DNA of 64,000 nucleotides from Vitrella brassicaformis CCMP3155 (taxonomy: Eukaryota; Protista; Chromerida). A model generated the notes under the pieces. The model saw nothing but the letters and a program-made list of their open reading frames with translations, searched no databases and had not been told where the DNA came from. Below, piece after piece: positions 13,225 to 25,071 of this stretch. Within the stretch, counting starts at the first letter, position 1, and each line of letters opens with the position of its first letter. A program made the translations under genes and the position numbers. Location of the stretch: positions 62,001-126,000 of the forward strand of contig CDMY01000104.1 of NCBI GenBank assembly GCA_001179505.1, written 5' to 3'.

Positions 13225-14654
13225 ATGATTCGGAGGCCGCTGCAGCGTCTGCCCTGGCCGTTTCCCCCTCCCACCACCTGCCGGCGCGCCCTGCACACGA
13301 GTGCGAGTCGTCACCAGGTCAAGGCGCTTAACAGCACGGTGGATATGAATGAGTTCCGCTTCCGCGATGATCCTGACGTCGTGGATTGTGTGCGCGACGC
13401 GAAAGCCAGCGACCACTGGGGCCGGCCGTACAAGAACCGTCAGAAGGAGGTCCAGGAGCTGGATGAGGCCATCGAGCTGCTCAAGAAGATGCCAGACCGG
13501 GCGCAGCGGCTGCACTTCCACAACTCGTGGGAGAAGACCATGCGTGCGCTCCGCAACAAGCTCTTCTTCAGCGTGGCCGCACTCAGCAGCCGCAATAACA
13601 AGGACGAGGTCTTCCTCAACTTCGGCTACTCCCCGCCTGTGCCCGACCGCAAGATGCAGGAGACCTCTCACAAGGCGTACAAGGCCACCAAGGCTCGCTA
13701 CGGCGCCCAGCTGTACCACCGCTGCTGCACGGCCATGAACCCGGCGTACGTCGAGGCCGTCAAGCGTGGCGACAAGCGGGCAAGCTCTCTGCCCAAGACC
13801 ATTTCGCTCGTCAAGAACAAGCGTGTTCTGGATGTGGGCTGCTTCAAGGGCGGCGGAGCCCACTACATGCTCAAGCACCTCGGCGCACGGAGCGTCCTGG
13901 GCGTCGACTTCTCGCGCACGTGCATCCAGTTCTGCAAAGAGCAGTACAAGGGCGAACCCAACCTGGAGTGGTTCTGCGCCGACGCCCTCCGGATCAACGA
14001 CCTCCTGCCGCCCTACTCGTTCGACGTCATCACCTGCATCCAGACGGCAAGACACCTCTGCGACGCCGCCTACTTTTTCCAAGTCGTGCACGACCTGCTC
14101 AAGAAGAACGGGCTCTTCATTCTGGCCGACAAGTGGTTCGACGAGCAGCTGACCGAGGAGGAAAGGGACCCCGATGACGACGTCGATGAGTACCTGAACC
14201 TTAAAAGGCACCTGCTGACCGTCGGACTCAAACCACAGGTAAGTCGCTGGGCCGACGTCCACATGTACTGTACTCATCTGTCTGTCTGTCTGTCTGTGTC
14301 TGACGACGGACGGTTGCAATGCAGGTGCGTGAGGATTTGACGGACGGTTTCGCCAAGTCGTTCATCGAGAGATGGGGTCGGATGCCGAGTGTGGACGAGC
14401 GGTACATCCTGGTGCGGGCGCGGCGGTGGAAGGACCCGGTGGTGCCGCACCTGCTGATGGAGACGATCGGCTCCAGCGGGGCCGAGGCCCTCATGTTCCC
14501 CACGGCCAAGGGCCTCAAGGAGTGGCACGAAAGACAGAGGTGGCGCGAGGAGGCCGACCCGCACGACGTCGCCCTGCTCTGGAAGGAGGAGACCACGGAC
14601 AAGGACAAACTCCGGGTCAAGCCGGGCCAAAGGGAAGACCTCACACGATTGTAG
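13225..14654 (+). CDS. Class I SAM-dependent methyltransferase with a putative mitochondrial presequence, ~447 aa, 2 exons
   Basis: Exons 13225-14238 and 14325-14654 (CAG|gtaagt ... tgcag|GTG, phase 0). Motif I VLDVGCFKGGG, post-I VLGVDFS, motif II SFDVITC, motif III LLKKNGLFILAD. Arg-rich, acid-free N-terminus MIRRPLQRLPWPFPPPTTCRRALHTSASRH. Confidence 0.85.
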
Positions 14655-15186
14655 CTACAAGAATGGTGCCGTGTGCGGTGGATGGGATGGGTGGATGGGT
14701 GTGTGTTAAGGAGGGAGGGAGGGAGAGCTTTGATGGATGGTCAGTTTGAGTTGGCCTAGTAGGGGAGAGGCATCAGAGACGGAGGAAGTAGTGACGGCGG
14801 TCGGTCAATCGAGACAGACATTTATTTGTGCACTCATGAATTCAGTTCAAGTGATGGTGGACGAATCTTTGAGGGGTGTCTAAACGGCCATCACACGCAA
14901 TGTGTGCACACGTCTGTCGTGTCGATTCGTGCCGTGGCCTTGACCTGGTGCACCGCTCAGTTGAAGTAAACCGAACGGTGCGACCAGTCAGAGATGTGCA
15001 CAATCGTCACGAGGGATGCGGCACAGCATCTAGCATGAACAAAAGCATCGATTCGTCCTTTCCGCAACGCCATCCATGAGTGTGGAGGGCAACTGCTCAC
15101 CCATCACTGTTTCTTAAACCCTCAGAGGACATCGACAGACCCGCCCATCCATCCATCCACCCATCCATCCATCCATCCACCATGCA

Positions 15187-18100
15187 TCAGCCAATGGTCT
15201 TGATGTCTTTGTCATAGTCATTGTAGTGATGCTCAGCGCTGTCACGTAAACCTGCATACAGACACGCAGGGGAATCACACTCACATCTATCGTCCCCCCN
15301 NNNNNNNNNNNNNNNNNNNNNNNNNNNNNNNNNNNNNNNNNNNNNNNNNNNNNNNNNNNNNNNNNNNNNNNNNNNNNNNNNNNNNNNNNNNNNNNNNNNN
15401 NNNNNNNNNNNNNNNNNNNNNNNNNNNNNNNNNNNNNNNNNNNNNNNNNNNNNNNNNNNNNNNNNNNNNNNNNNNNNNNNNNNNNNNNNNNNNNNNNNNN
15501 NNNNNNNNNNNNNNNNNNNNNNNNNNNNNNNNNNNNNNNNNNNNNNNNNNNNNNNNNNNNNNNNNNNNNNNNNNNNNNNNNNNNNNNNNNNNNNNNNNNC
15601 CCCCCCCCCCCCCCCCTTTCGCCCCCCTCACTGACCGGCTCGCTTGGCGTCTTTGATTGCGCTTCTGACCGAGTCGTTTTCCTTGAGGTGGGCCACGGAG
15701 TCGATCTTGGCCTCGTACAGACGCTCCTTGTCTGATGACATCGTGATGCAACGAGTGGGATGTGTGTGATGTGATATGGTGTGTGTGTTGTGTCCGTGTG
15801 TCCATGTGCACCAACCAGGATAGATGTCGATGCGGACGATCTGACCCTTGTCGGCCTCGTACAGGATCACACGCCCCTCCTACACCCACACACAGACACA
15901 CACAGGGCAGGGCAGGGCAGGACAGCAGACACGTGCAGCATAAGATGGTTGAAGGCGTCCGTGGCGTGTCATGTATGCCACACCGCACCGTTCGCCCCTC
16001 GTCGGTCTGCTTCTCCACATCGAGGCAGAAAGTGTGACTCTGATCGATGCGACCAACACACACACACACACGACACACAACAAACCACACACCAGATAGG
16101 CATGGCACCGCCTCACTGGTATACTGCATCACATTTATCTCTGTCTTGGCTTTGTACGTACCGGCGTGTCTTCCATATAGAGGCGCTTCTTGGTCTCAAT
16201 GCGGTCGGGGCCGTCCAAGAAATACCTGACACAGAAATAGAAAGACAGACAGACAGATGGGTGGATGGATGGATGGATGGATGGACCACACACCACAGCC
16301 GTATGCTGGGAGCGGGTTCCTGCCTACCGCTCTCTGTAGCTGTCGAATGAGAGCTCCTTGCCGTCCTTGCGTGTGCCAGACAGCGACTCCTGTCCGGCAC
16401 ATCGACACACACGCCATGCCATGCGCACACGTCAGTCAGTCAAGCGGGCAGGCAGTGAGGGATAGGTGGGTGGCTGCCGCGCTCACCGATAGGACGAACT
16501 TGAGTCGGTCATCTTTTTCTCTCTCGCCCCGAGGCATGTTGCGCAGCTCGTTCAACCTGACCCATGCATGATGCACAGACAGTCAACATGATCAACCCAC
16601 GCTGACTTATTCTCACTGCACGTCTTCCCCCCTCCCCCCCTCCCTCACCTGTCGACGAGCACCGCAGCACTGGTGTTCGTGTCGGGGGCGGGCGCCCCCT
16701 CGTCAGCCGCAGCAGCTGGCCGCTCTCGCGCGCTGCCGTTGTTGCGTGCCTTTCGGTCGTCCTCATCTGACGGATACGTGTAGGGTGAGTGGATGTGGTG
16801 TGTGGAGTATGCAATGCATGTACCTACCTACCTTTGGTGTCATTGTATCGCCCTCTGCGGTCGGCCCGGCCGTCATCACGATCACGGTCATCTCGGTCTC
16901 GCTTTCGGCGCCTGTCCCTGTCGTCGTCTCGGTCGCGGTCGTCGCCACGATACCTGCAGGCATCGGAGCCAAGATGCAGCAGACATGCCTCTCTCTTCCA
17001 TCCACAACCGCCAGTGTGTGTGCCGGTTGTCACCTTTTGCGATCTCTGTCGTCATCGTCCCTGAAAACCCCCACACACACAGAGTAGCACACGGCTGGCT
17101 GATGGCACACATGAGCCTAGGCTAAGCCATTGCATACTCACCTATCCCGCCTCCGTTCTCTGTCGTCGTCTTCGTCCTTTGGTGTGTATTTTCGCCGGCG
17201 GCCCTCGTAGGGATCGTGGTCGTCCTCCTCACGCTCCTATGCGCCACACACAGCACACACCAGCCAGCCAGCCAACATCACAATGCCGCTTGCACATCCA
17301 TCGTCTGTCGGCATGGGTGGCTGCGTACCCTTCGTCTGTCGCGGTATCGCTCCTCGGAGTTTTCACGATAGCGATCCCTGTCCTTATCCCGCCTGTGGGG
17401 ATGGCACACACACACACACACACACACAGAGGGCAGGCGAGGACGCTGTGGTGGTTTGTTGGCTGTCTGTTAGGTTACGTACCGCCCTCTGTCCCTGTCA
17501 CGATCTGAATGAACCAGAGGAATAAAACGAGAAGAAAGAGGCCGTGTGTATGCTCCGCTGTGTCTGTCCATGGAGAATGCGATGCCTCACCTCGGTCGCG
17601 GTCGCGGTCTCTCTCGCCCCTGTCCTTGTCCCTGTCACGACTGTACATCACACAGACACACACATTCTCTCATTCTCTCATTGAGAAGACAACAGAGCAG
17701 GAGTGTATGTATCATCCATCCATGGCATGGATGGATGAATGGGATGCTATGCATGATGGACGTGACGGACGTACCGTCCCCGGTCTCTGTCGCCTTTGTT
17801 TTTGTCCCGGGAACGGCTTCTGTCGTCACGATCACGACGACGGTCACGGTCACGGTCGCTGATCAGATCCATGCACACACACAAGGCAGACACCATGGCA
17901 GGCACATGTGATGTGATACACACAAGGCAGGCAGACCGCATGTGATGTGTCCTTCCCTCCCTTCCGCCCCACCGATCTCTATCTCTGTTGCGGTCCCGCC
18001 TGTCGTCCTCGCCCCTCTCCCTCCCCCCTCGCCGCTTCTCATCCCTCTCCTCAACCACCACACCATTCGCACCCCCACGCTGCTCACGGCCACCGCTCCC

Positions 18101-18436
18101 ACCGCTCGCACCGCTCATTACAGGCGGCTTCATGATCACCCCTGGAGGCATCCCGCCACCGCCCTGCCCGCCCTGTCGGCCGTCCTGTTGCGGCATTGCA
18201 TTCGTCGGCACCGGTGGTTTGGCGGTGAAGGATATGGCGGACATTCCTGGGATGGTGGGGTGGAAGGGCACTGCCTGTGGCGGCTCCTCGGGAGGCTGGA
18301 TGGGAGATGGCATGGTGGGCATCGGGGCGGCAGCGGGAGCAGCGCCACCGCCACTGCCGCCGCCTGCGGCCTCCTGCTGTTTCTTCATCCATGCCGGGAG
18401 GACGGCGGCTCTGCCGCGGCCGCCGGGACCCAACAT
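15187..18436 (-). CDS. Arg/Asp-rich (RD-repeat) protein with an N-terminal GRGRAAVLPAWM motif and a C-terminal SnoaL/NTF2-like domain, ~16 exons
   Basis: Chain of small exons joined with consistent phases, from MLGPGGRGRAAVLPAWMKK through DRDRDRRRDRDDRSRSRDK and EREEDDHDPYEGRRRKY to ...RYFLDGPDRIETKKRLYMEDTPSHTFCLDVEKQTDEG..RVILYEADKGQIVRIDIYPDKERLYEAK...HHYNDYDKDIKTIG*. The SnoaL-like call rests on visual resemblance only. Confidence 0.7.
15300..15599. other. Assembly gap (300 N) flanked by poly-C
   Basis: N run 15300-15599, with C6 on the left and C17 on the right. Confidence 0.99.
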
Positions 18437-18861
18437 GACTGACCCACAACCGACTCGCTCACCGACCCGCACTCGACTCGCAAAGCGAATGCTCACACCT
18501 GTGAGTTGGCAACACAGCAGAGAGGAAGGCAGGGGATGTTGTGTGTCTCATCTTGGTGAGTGATGCCACAGATCAAGGGCAAGAACAAATGTTGCATAAT
18601 GTGCTGTGCTGTGTGCATCCCTTCTTTCTTCTCCCGTTCATGCATCGAGTGTGGCAGCTGTGCCTTACCTCCACTTGAGGATTGATGTCGAAACTGACAG
18701 AGATCCTCCAGGTCAAGCTCGCAACTCCGTGAAACTGCTCGCCTTCCTCCAAAGATCCTTCCTCCTCCCCCCCTTCTTTCCATCCACCGTGAGGAGGCAT
18801 GATTTGTGTGGAGATCCCCACCGAACAAGCAGATCCACCTGAGGACCAATAGCAGTACCAG

Positions 18862-20357
18862 ATGAGCCCGCTCTATTCATCAACGCAGCAGCTGCGGAGC
18901 GGTGCCTGTGTTGTGCTTGCTGCGGCAATGTTGACGTCCTTTATCCACGCGTCAAAAATGCCGTCAGCTGCAGCGCCTACAGTCTCCCGCAGCAGCAGGG
19001 GCACTAAGCTTGCGTGTCTGCCCGGCGGTACACAGGCAGGGAGTGCGGCAAAGGTGGTGTTGGGCCTGTTCGGACGCCAGCCGTCATCTGCGGCTGCAGG
19101 TATGGATGCATTCACATACACACACACACACGACACACACAGCTTAATTGCCTCTCTGTCGCTCTATGTGCAGCGTTGTCAGCTCTTCAAGTCTGTTCAG
19201 CAGGCGCCTCTTTCTGCCTCACTGTCACCGCCTCGCAGCACCTGCAAAGATCCATCAACGTATCAACGCGCCTGCCGCTGATCGCTTCGCTGGCAGGCCT
19301 CCTCACCGCGGCAGCCGCCGCCGCGAGCGCATCGCTCTCCGCTCAGATGGTGCAGTCTCTCATGGCCTCCCGTCAGCCTCTCTTGCACGTGCTGTGCAAC
19401 ACGCAATGGACATTTGTGCGGCGCGACGTGATGATCGGACTCAGCCTCTTTCTCCTGATGGGAGGCAGGTCCGTGTGCTGTGCAGGTGCTGCATGTGTCT
19501 GTGTCTGTGTCACCCACCTGCCTGCGTGTCTGTCAGGCTGCAGTCTCTCTGTCCGAGTTCCCTGCTCTCCCCAGGTGTGTATGCGCAGCCTGGCGGCCTC
19601 GGCTCACTGCCCGCGACAATGGAGTACGCGTCGCCTCGCGAGCGGAGCGTCATTCAGCGGTTAGGGAGGATCTACGGCTGCCACACATGCGGCACCAGGA
19701 GAGGCCCTTTCAACGCCGACCACCAGCCGCCTAGGAGCGTCGTACGGCAGAGGATACGGAGTATGGGTGAGAGCCCGGCGGACCGTCGGCTGCGGACGGC
19801 GGCTGTGCGGCCATCGACAACCCCCATGGCGACGCCCCTCCCTCCCCGCACCTTCCCCGAGCCGTCTGCGCCACCGATGCCCAGCGAGCCGGAGGCAGAA
19901 CCAGAACCACCAACCAAAGTGCCCAAACGACGTGAGGACACTGTGGTGACAGACAGACAGACGTGTTTGATGTTTGACTTTGGGTGACTTTGACTTTGTT
20001 CGCCACTCATTGCAGGTCGGTCGTTTGTGGTACGTCGTGCGTCGCCGTGGCAGTGGCTGAGTGGGCGGCGGCTGAGGCAGCGTTTCTACCCCCAGTGCGA
20101 GGCGTGCAGCGAAAGGCAGGCACGCGCCTGTGCCGCTGACGACCCTTAGTGAGTCACGGCACTATTGATTGAGTCACTCACTGCATCAGGCTGTAGATCC
20201 ATCCATGTGTGAATGCATATGTGTGTTTGATGGTTCATTCAGTGGTCGGGCTTATTTGGTTGTGCCTGGCGGGTTGAAGGCATTGCGGAGGCATCATTTG
20301 GCGGGTGCTGCTCTGGTGTGGATCAGACTGCTGGTCGAGGTGTACTCGCACACGTGA
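18862..20357 (+). CDS. Membrane-associated His-Me-finger (HNH-like) protein with GCHTCG / DHQPP / QRFYPQCxxCS motifs, 5 exons
   Basis: Exons 18862 (or 18958)-19099, 19183-19468, 19537-19931, 20016-20148, 20243-20357, phase-consistent. Hydrophobic N-terminal half (LIASLAGLLTAAAAAASASLS; VMIGLSLFLLMGG), then GRLQSLCPSSLLSPGVYA, IQRLGRIYGCHTCG, FNADHQPP, QRFYPQCEACSERQ. Start codon choice uncertain. Confidence 0.75.
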
Positions 20358-20608
20358 TCCGTGTGTCTGCGTCTGTGTGTCAAGCCACACGTATACATCT
20401 GTATCATATCATATGTGCATGCGAGGCCGTTTGATCATCGAATGAGTGACTCTCATTGAGTCACATGTACATGTGCAAGCACACGAGTGCCGCGTTGTCT
20501 CATATGACATATCATTAGAGACTCGCGCGGAAGTTTACAGCCTACTGGTCTAAGCTCGCAGACGCCAACAGCAGCCGTCCCCCTTTCTCAAACAGTTTCG
20601 TTCGCCAA

Positions 20609-23600
20609 ATGAAGCTCACAGTGGTGGTGTTTGCGCTGCTCGCCATCGGCAGCATTCATGCGCTGACCACCAGGGACCGACCAGGTCAGTCAGCCGGATC
20701 TGTAGATCTGTTGATTCACCTGCAGGAGCACACAGACAGTCAGTCAGACAGATGTGCTCGCTTCTGCATCTTTCACTCTCTGTGTCTGATTCAATGACTG
20801 GCTGCAGCTTTCGTAACATCGCCGTTGGCCCCTTCACTGCTCCGCAATGGTCGCACACACCTGCTGTCGAGCCGTCCGGCAAGGGCAACGACGGCTGCAT
20901 GGTCGATGCTCGACACCGAGGCTCTCGCGAAGGCAGCCGATGAGTCGAGGGGCTTGTCCATGGATGCCATCACAGCAGCGAAATCGGGTAGGATGCGGTG
21001 TGGTGTGCATGGTCTGTCAGTCAAACGTTTTTGAGTAGATAAATGTATGTGTGTGTATTCATATGCGACGTGTGTGTGTGTATGTAGGCCATCTTGGTCT
21101 GCCCCTTGGAGCAGCCGAGATCGGTAAGGAAGCAGAGAGAGAAGATGGGATGATAGGATACACAGACCTGGAGGGATGGATAGTTGAAGATCCATTCCAT
21201 TGAGACTCTGCGCGTGTGTGTGTGTATCTGATTAGGTGCCGTGTTGTGGGGCTCTCAGATGCAGTACAACCCAGAGGACCCGCAGTGGATCAACAGAGAC
21301 CGGTGCGGTGTTGCGCAGCATACGCACCCACCTGTATGTATCTCTGTGTGGGGGTGGCGGTGTGGTGTGGGGTGGTGTGCAGCTTTGTGCTTTCGGCTGG
21401 CCACGGGTCGATGTTTCTTTATGCATGGTAAGCTAAGCGGGAGAGAGAGGGAACGGCTGGAGGGAACCGATGGAAAGACAGAGATGGATGGATAAGACAG
21501 ACGAGTACAGACACACACGCGTGTGTTGCGTTATGTTGTGTCGTGTGTAGGCTGCACATCAGTGGATATGACCTGCCGATTGAAGAGATCAAGAACTTCA
21601 GGCAATTCCACAGTGAGCTGAGCGAGCTGACACACACACGCAGCTCGAATCGAACACACAAGGGCATTCGCATGTGGAAGTAGGGACTGATGTGCTATGT
21701 GTGATGTATGTATGTGAGCAGGCATGACGCCCGGCCACCCCGAGTTCCCCTCCTCCGAGCACAACACACCTGGTAGGTATCGTATCGTCCACAGCACCAC
21801 GCCACCTCTCACTCCGGGAGTCATGAATGTGTGAATCCACGTACGTATTGATGCAGGCGTTGAGAGCACCACGGGCCCGCTCGGCCAGGGCGTCGCCAAC
21901 AGCGTCGGAATGGCCGCTGCCGCAAAGTATCACACCACACGCCCATGGGTCGACAGGTTCCTTTATTCTCTCTCTGTGTGCGTGTGCCTACGCGTAGGAT
22001 GGCCGCAGCGCGTTTCAACACTGATGCGCACAAGATCTTCGACCACCACATCATCTGTCTGTGCGGCGACGGCTGCATGCAGGAGGGCGTGGCGCACGAG
22101 GCCGCCGCCATGGCAGGACACGAGGGGTTCGACAACCTCATCGTCCTGTACGACGCAAACGGTACATCACACCATCGTTCGCACGCACGCCATTCCTGAC
22201 TCGTCCGTGCCGTGTGTGTGTGTGTGTGTGTGTAGATGTGACGCTTGACAAGATGGCCGACTACACCCAGAGTGAAGACGTATGTATGGACACACAACAC
22301 AACACAACACACGTCAAGTATGACTGTGCCCGCATTTCATTTGTGGGACGTTTAATTTTCGTATATGCAGGTGGGCAAGAGGTTTGAGAGTCTCGGATGG
22401 GACGTCGTCACGCTCACAGACGGTACGCACACGCAGGCCTGCACGTGTGCAGTGAGTGAATGGACCCATTGGTTTATTGCTGTCTGTCTGTCTGTCTGAA
22501 TACCTCGACAACAAAACGAACGCAGGTCACGATATGGTGGCGATCGACAAGGCCATCGGCGATGCCAAAGCCAACGACAATGGCAAACCCAAACTCATCA
22601 TCGTACGCACACACACAGACGCACACACACATGCGGGCACACACACGTCTGTGTGTGTCTGTTTGCCTGCTGCAGTGCAAGACGGTCATCGGCAAGGGCA
22701 TTCCTGAGGTTGCCGGCACACAGGCTGGTGAGTCCTGTAGACTAGACACACACCCACGGGTTCACACGACACTCCCACACCGATGTATGGTATGGGCATG
22801 TGTTTGTTCAGCTCACGGGGAGGCGGGCGTCCAGTACACGACCGAGGCGCGAAAGGCACTCGGACTGCCCGACGAACTCTTCTACGTCTCGGAAGACACC
22901 AAGGTAACTGACCTAGCCTGACCCACAGATGCGACACACATGCATGATCTCGTGTGTGTGTGTGTGTGTGTGTGCAGGCGATGTTCGCCAAGCGCAAGGA
23001 GGAGCTCAAGGCCAAGTACAGCGAGTGGCAGACAACCTACGGGTACCCACACATGAAAGAAACACGTTTGTCCATCATCTGTCCATCCGCGAAATGCGAC
23101 ATTTATGAATGCAGCGAGTGGAAGGCCGCCAACCCCGAGCAGGCGACCCTCCTCGAGAATGCCGTCAACAAGAAATGGGGCACGTACGTCTGCACTCCCA
23201 TACTCACTCCCCACCATGCACCCCCAACAAGTGTGTGTGTGTGTTGATGTCTATGCAGTGCTGATGAGATATTGGCCAAGATCCCCGAGTTCGATCAGAC
23301 CAAGAACATCGCCACACGGATCGCCGGCAACGTCGTCCTCCAGCCTCTCGCCGATGCCGTGCCGCTCTACGTCAGCGGATCGGCCGATCTGCACGGATCG
23401 GTAAGCAAATAGACAAACATCCCGTAGACACAGGCATACGCAAGCGCGTTCCACACCTCTGTGTGTGTTTTGGTGTCTGTGTGTGTAGACAAAGAATCTG
23501 ATCAACAACGGCGGCGACTTCGGCAAGACGGCCCCCAAGACCTACGCCGGCCGCAACCTCTACTTCGGCATCCGCGAGCACGCCATGGGCAGCATGATGA

Positions 23601-25071
23601 ACGGATTCGCATACTACGGCATCTTCAGGATATCTGGTCAGCCCATCAGATCTATTGAGTTTGATGCGCGTGCAATCATGCCGCACAGCACAGCACATGT
23701 GTGTCTGTTTGCTTTGCGCTGTTGTAGGTGCGACGTTCCTGGTGTTTGCCGACTATATGAGGGCGCCTGTGCGGGTGGCAGCCCTTGCTGAGCTGCCCGT
23801 GGGATACATCTGGACGCACGACTCGATCGGTGTGGGCGAGGACGGACCCACACACCAGGTGCGCATGCGCACACGCAAGACACACACCGCGACCCTTGAT
23901 GATATTCGTGTGTGTGTGTGTGAATGGTATACAGCCGGTTGAGGTTGTGAGCGGTCTGCGAGTGATCCCCAACCTCGATGTGATCCGACCGGCTGACCCC
24001 GAAGAGACCGCCGGTACGCTGGCCGTGGGGCCACACACACAGACGTGGCTGGATGGATGGATGGATGTGTGGGGGCATTTAGGTGCGTTTGCTGCGTCGA
24101 TCGACCGTCTTGAGGGCCCCACTGCGCTCATCCTCACCAGACAAAACGTATCTATCGACGTGGCCACGCCACGCCCACTCTGCATGCACACACACATCCA
24201 CATGTGAATGTGTTGATATATATGGTCTGTCTGCTGGCTAGGTGCGCACTCTCTCTGAGATCCCTGTCAACACAAGGAGGCAGGTACATAACAGAAGGAC
24301 ACACGTGTGGGCGACCGACCGACCATTTTACACACACACACCACGTCTGTCTGTTTGCCTGTGTGTCCATCGATCCGATCAGGGTGTGCTGAAGGGTGCC
24401 TACGTGGCCAAGCAGGAGACCGGCGACCTCGAGGGCATCATCATCGCAACAGGTACGTACACCCCAAACCACACGCCAGAGCCCTAGACACGTCAACCAT
24501 CTCGCCATGTATCACGCAGGGTCCGAGGTGCAGCACGCCACGGCGGCTGCAGACACACTCGGTGGCGGCTGGCGCGTGGTCTCGATGCCCTGCATGGAGC
24601 GATTCGACAGACAGTCGGAGGACTACAAGGTACTGACGTACCTACTTAGAATACGCACACGCTTGTGGATGGTCGGTCGTATGTGTATGCCATCTGTGTG
24701 TGTGCGCTCAGGAGTCTGTGTTGCCGTCGTCATGCACCAACCGCATCGCCATCGAGGCGGGCGTCAGCGGACTCTGGTGCGTAGCACTCACTGCAGACAC
24801 AGCAAAAAATACACACACGCATACACACTTTCTTTGTGCGGCTGTGCGTACGCTCGTGCGTGTGCAGGTACAAGTACGTGGGTCCGTCTGGCAAGATCAT
24901 CGGCGTCGATCGCTTCGGCTTCTCAGCACCGGGAGACATCGTCATGAAGGTCCACACACACACACACACACACTCTCACACACGTGTGTGTGTGTGTGTG
25001 TGCAGGAGTTGGGCATGACGCCCGAGAACATCGTTGAGACCGCCAGCAAGAAGGTGCTCGTTGCGGCGTAA
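20609..25071 (+). CDS. TKL: Transketolase with a bipartite (signal + transit) plastid-targeting leader, roughly 27 exons
   Basis: Motifs recovered across exons: [43 protein letters not shown], ThDP-binding [73 protein letters not shown]. Leader [25 protein letters not shown]|[16 protein letters not shown]. Confidence 0.97.

Noticed and set aside
13027-14319. 430-aa minus-strand ORF
   Set aside because: Exact antisense of the methyltransferase exon, explained by its GC3 codon bias.
15287-16132. 281-aa ORF
   Set aside because: Runs through the N gap and intronic repeats, so it is an artefact.
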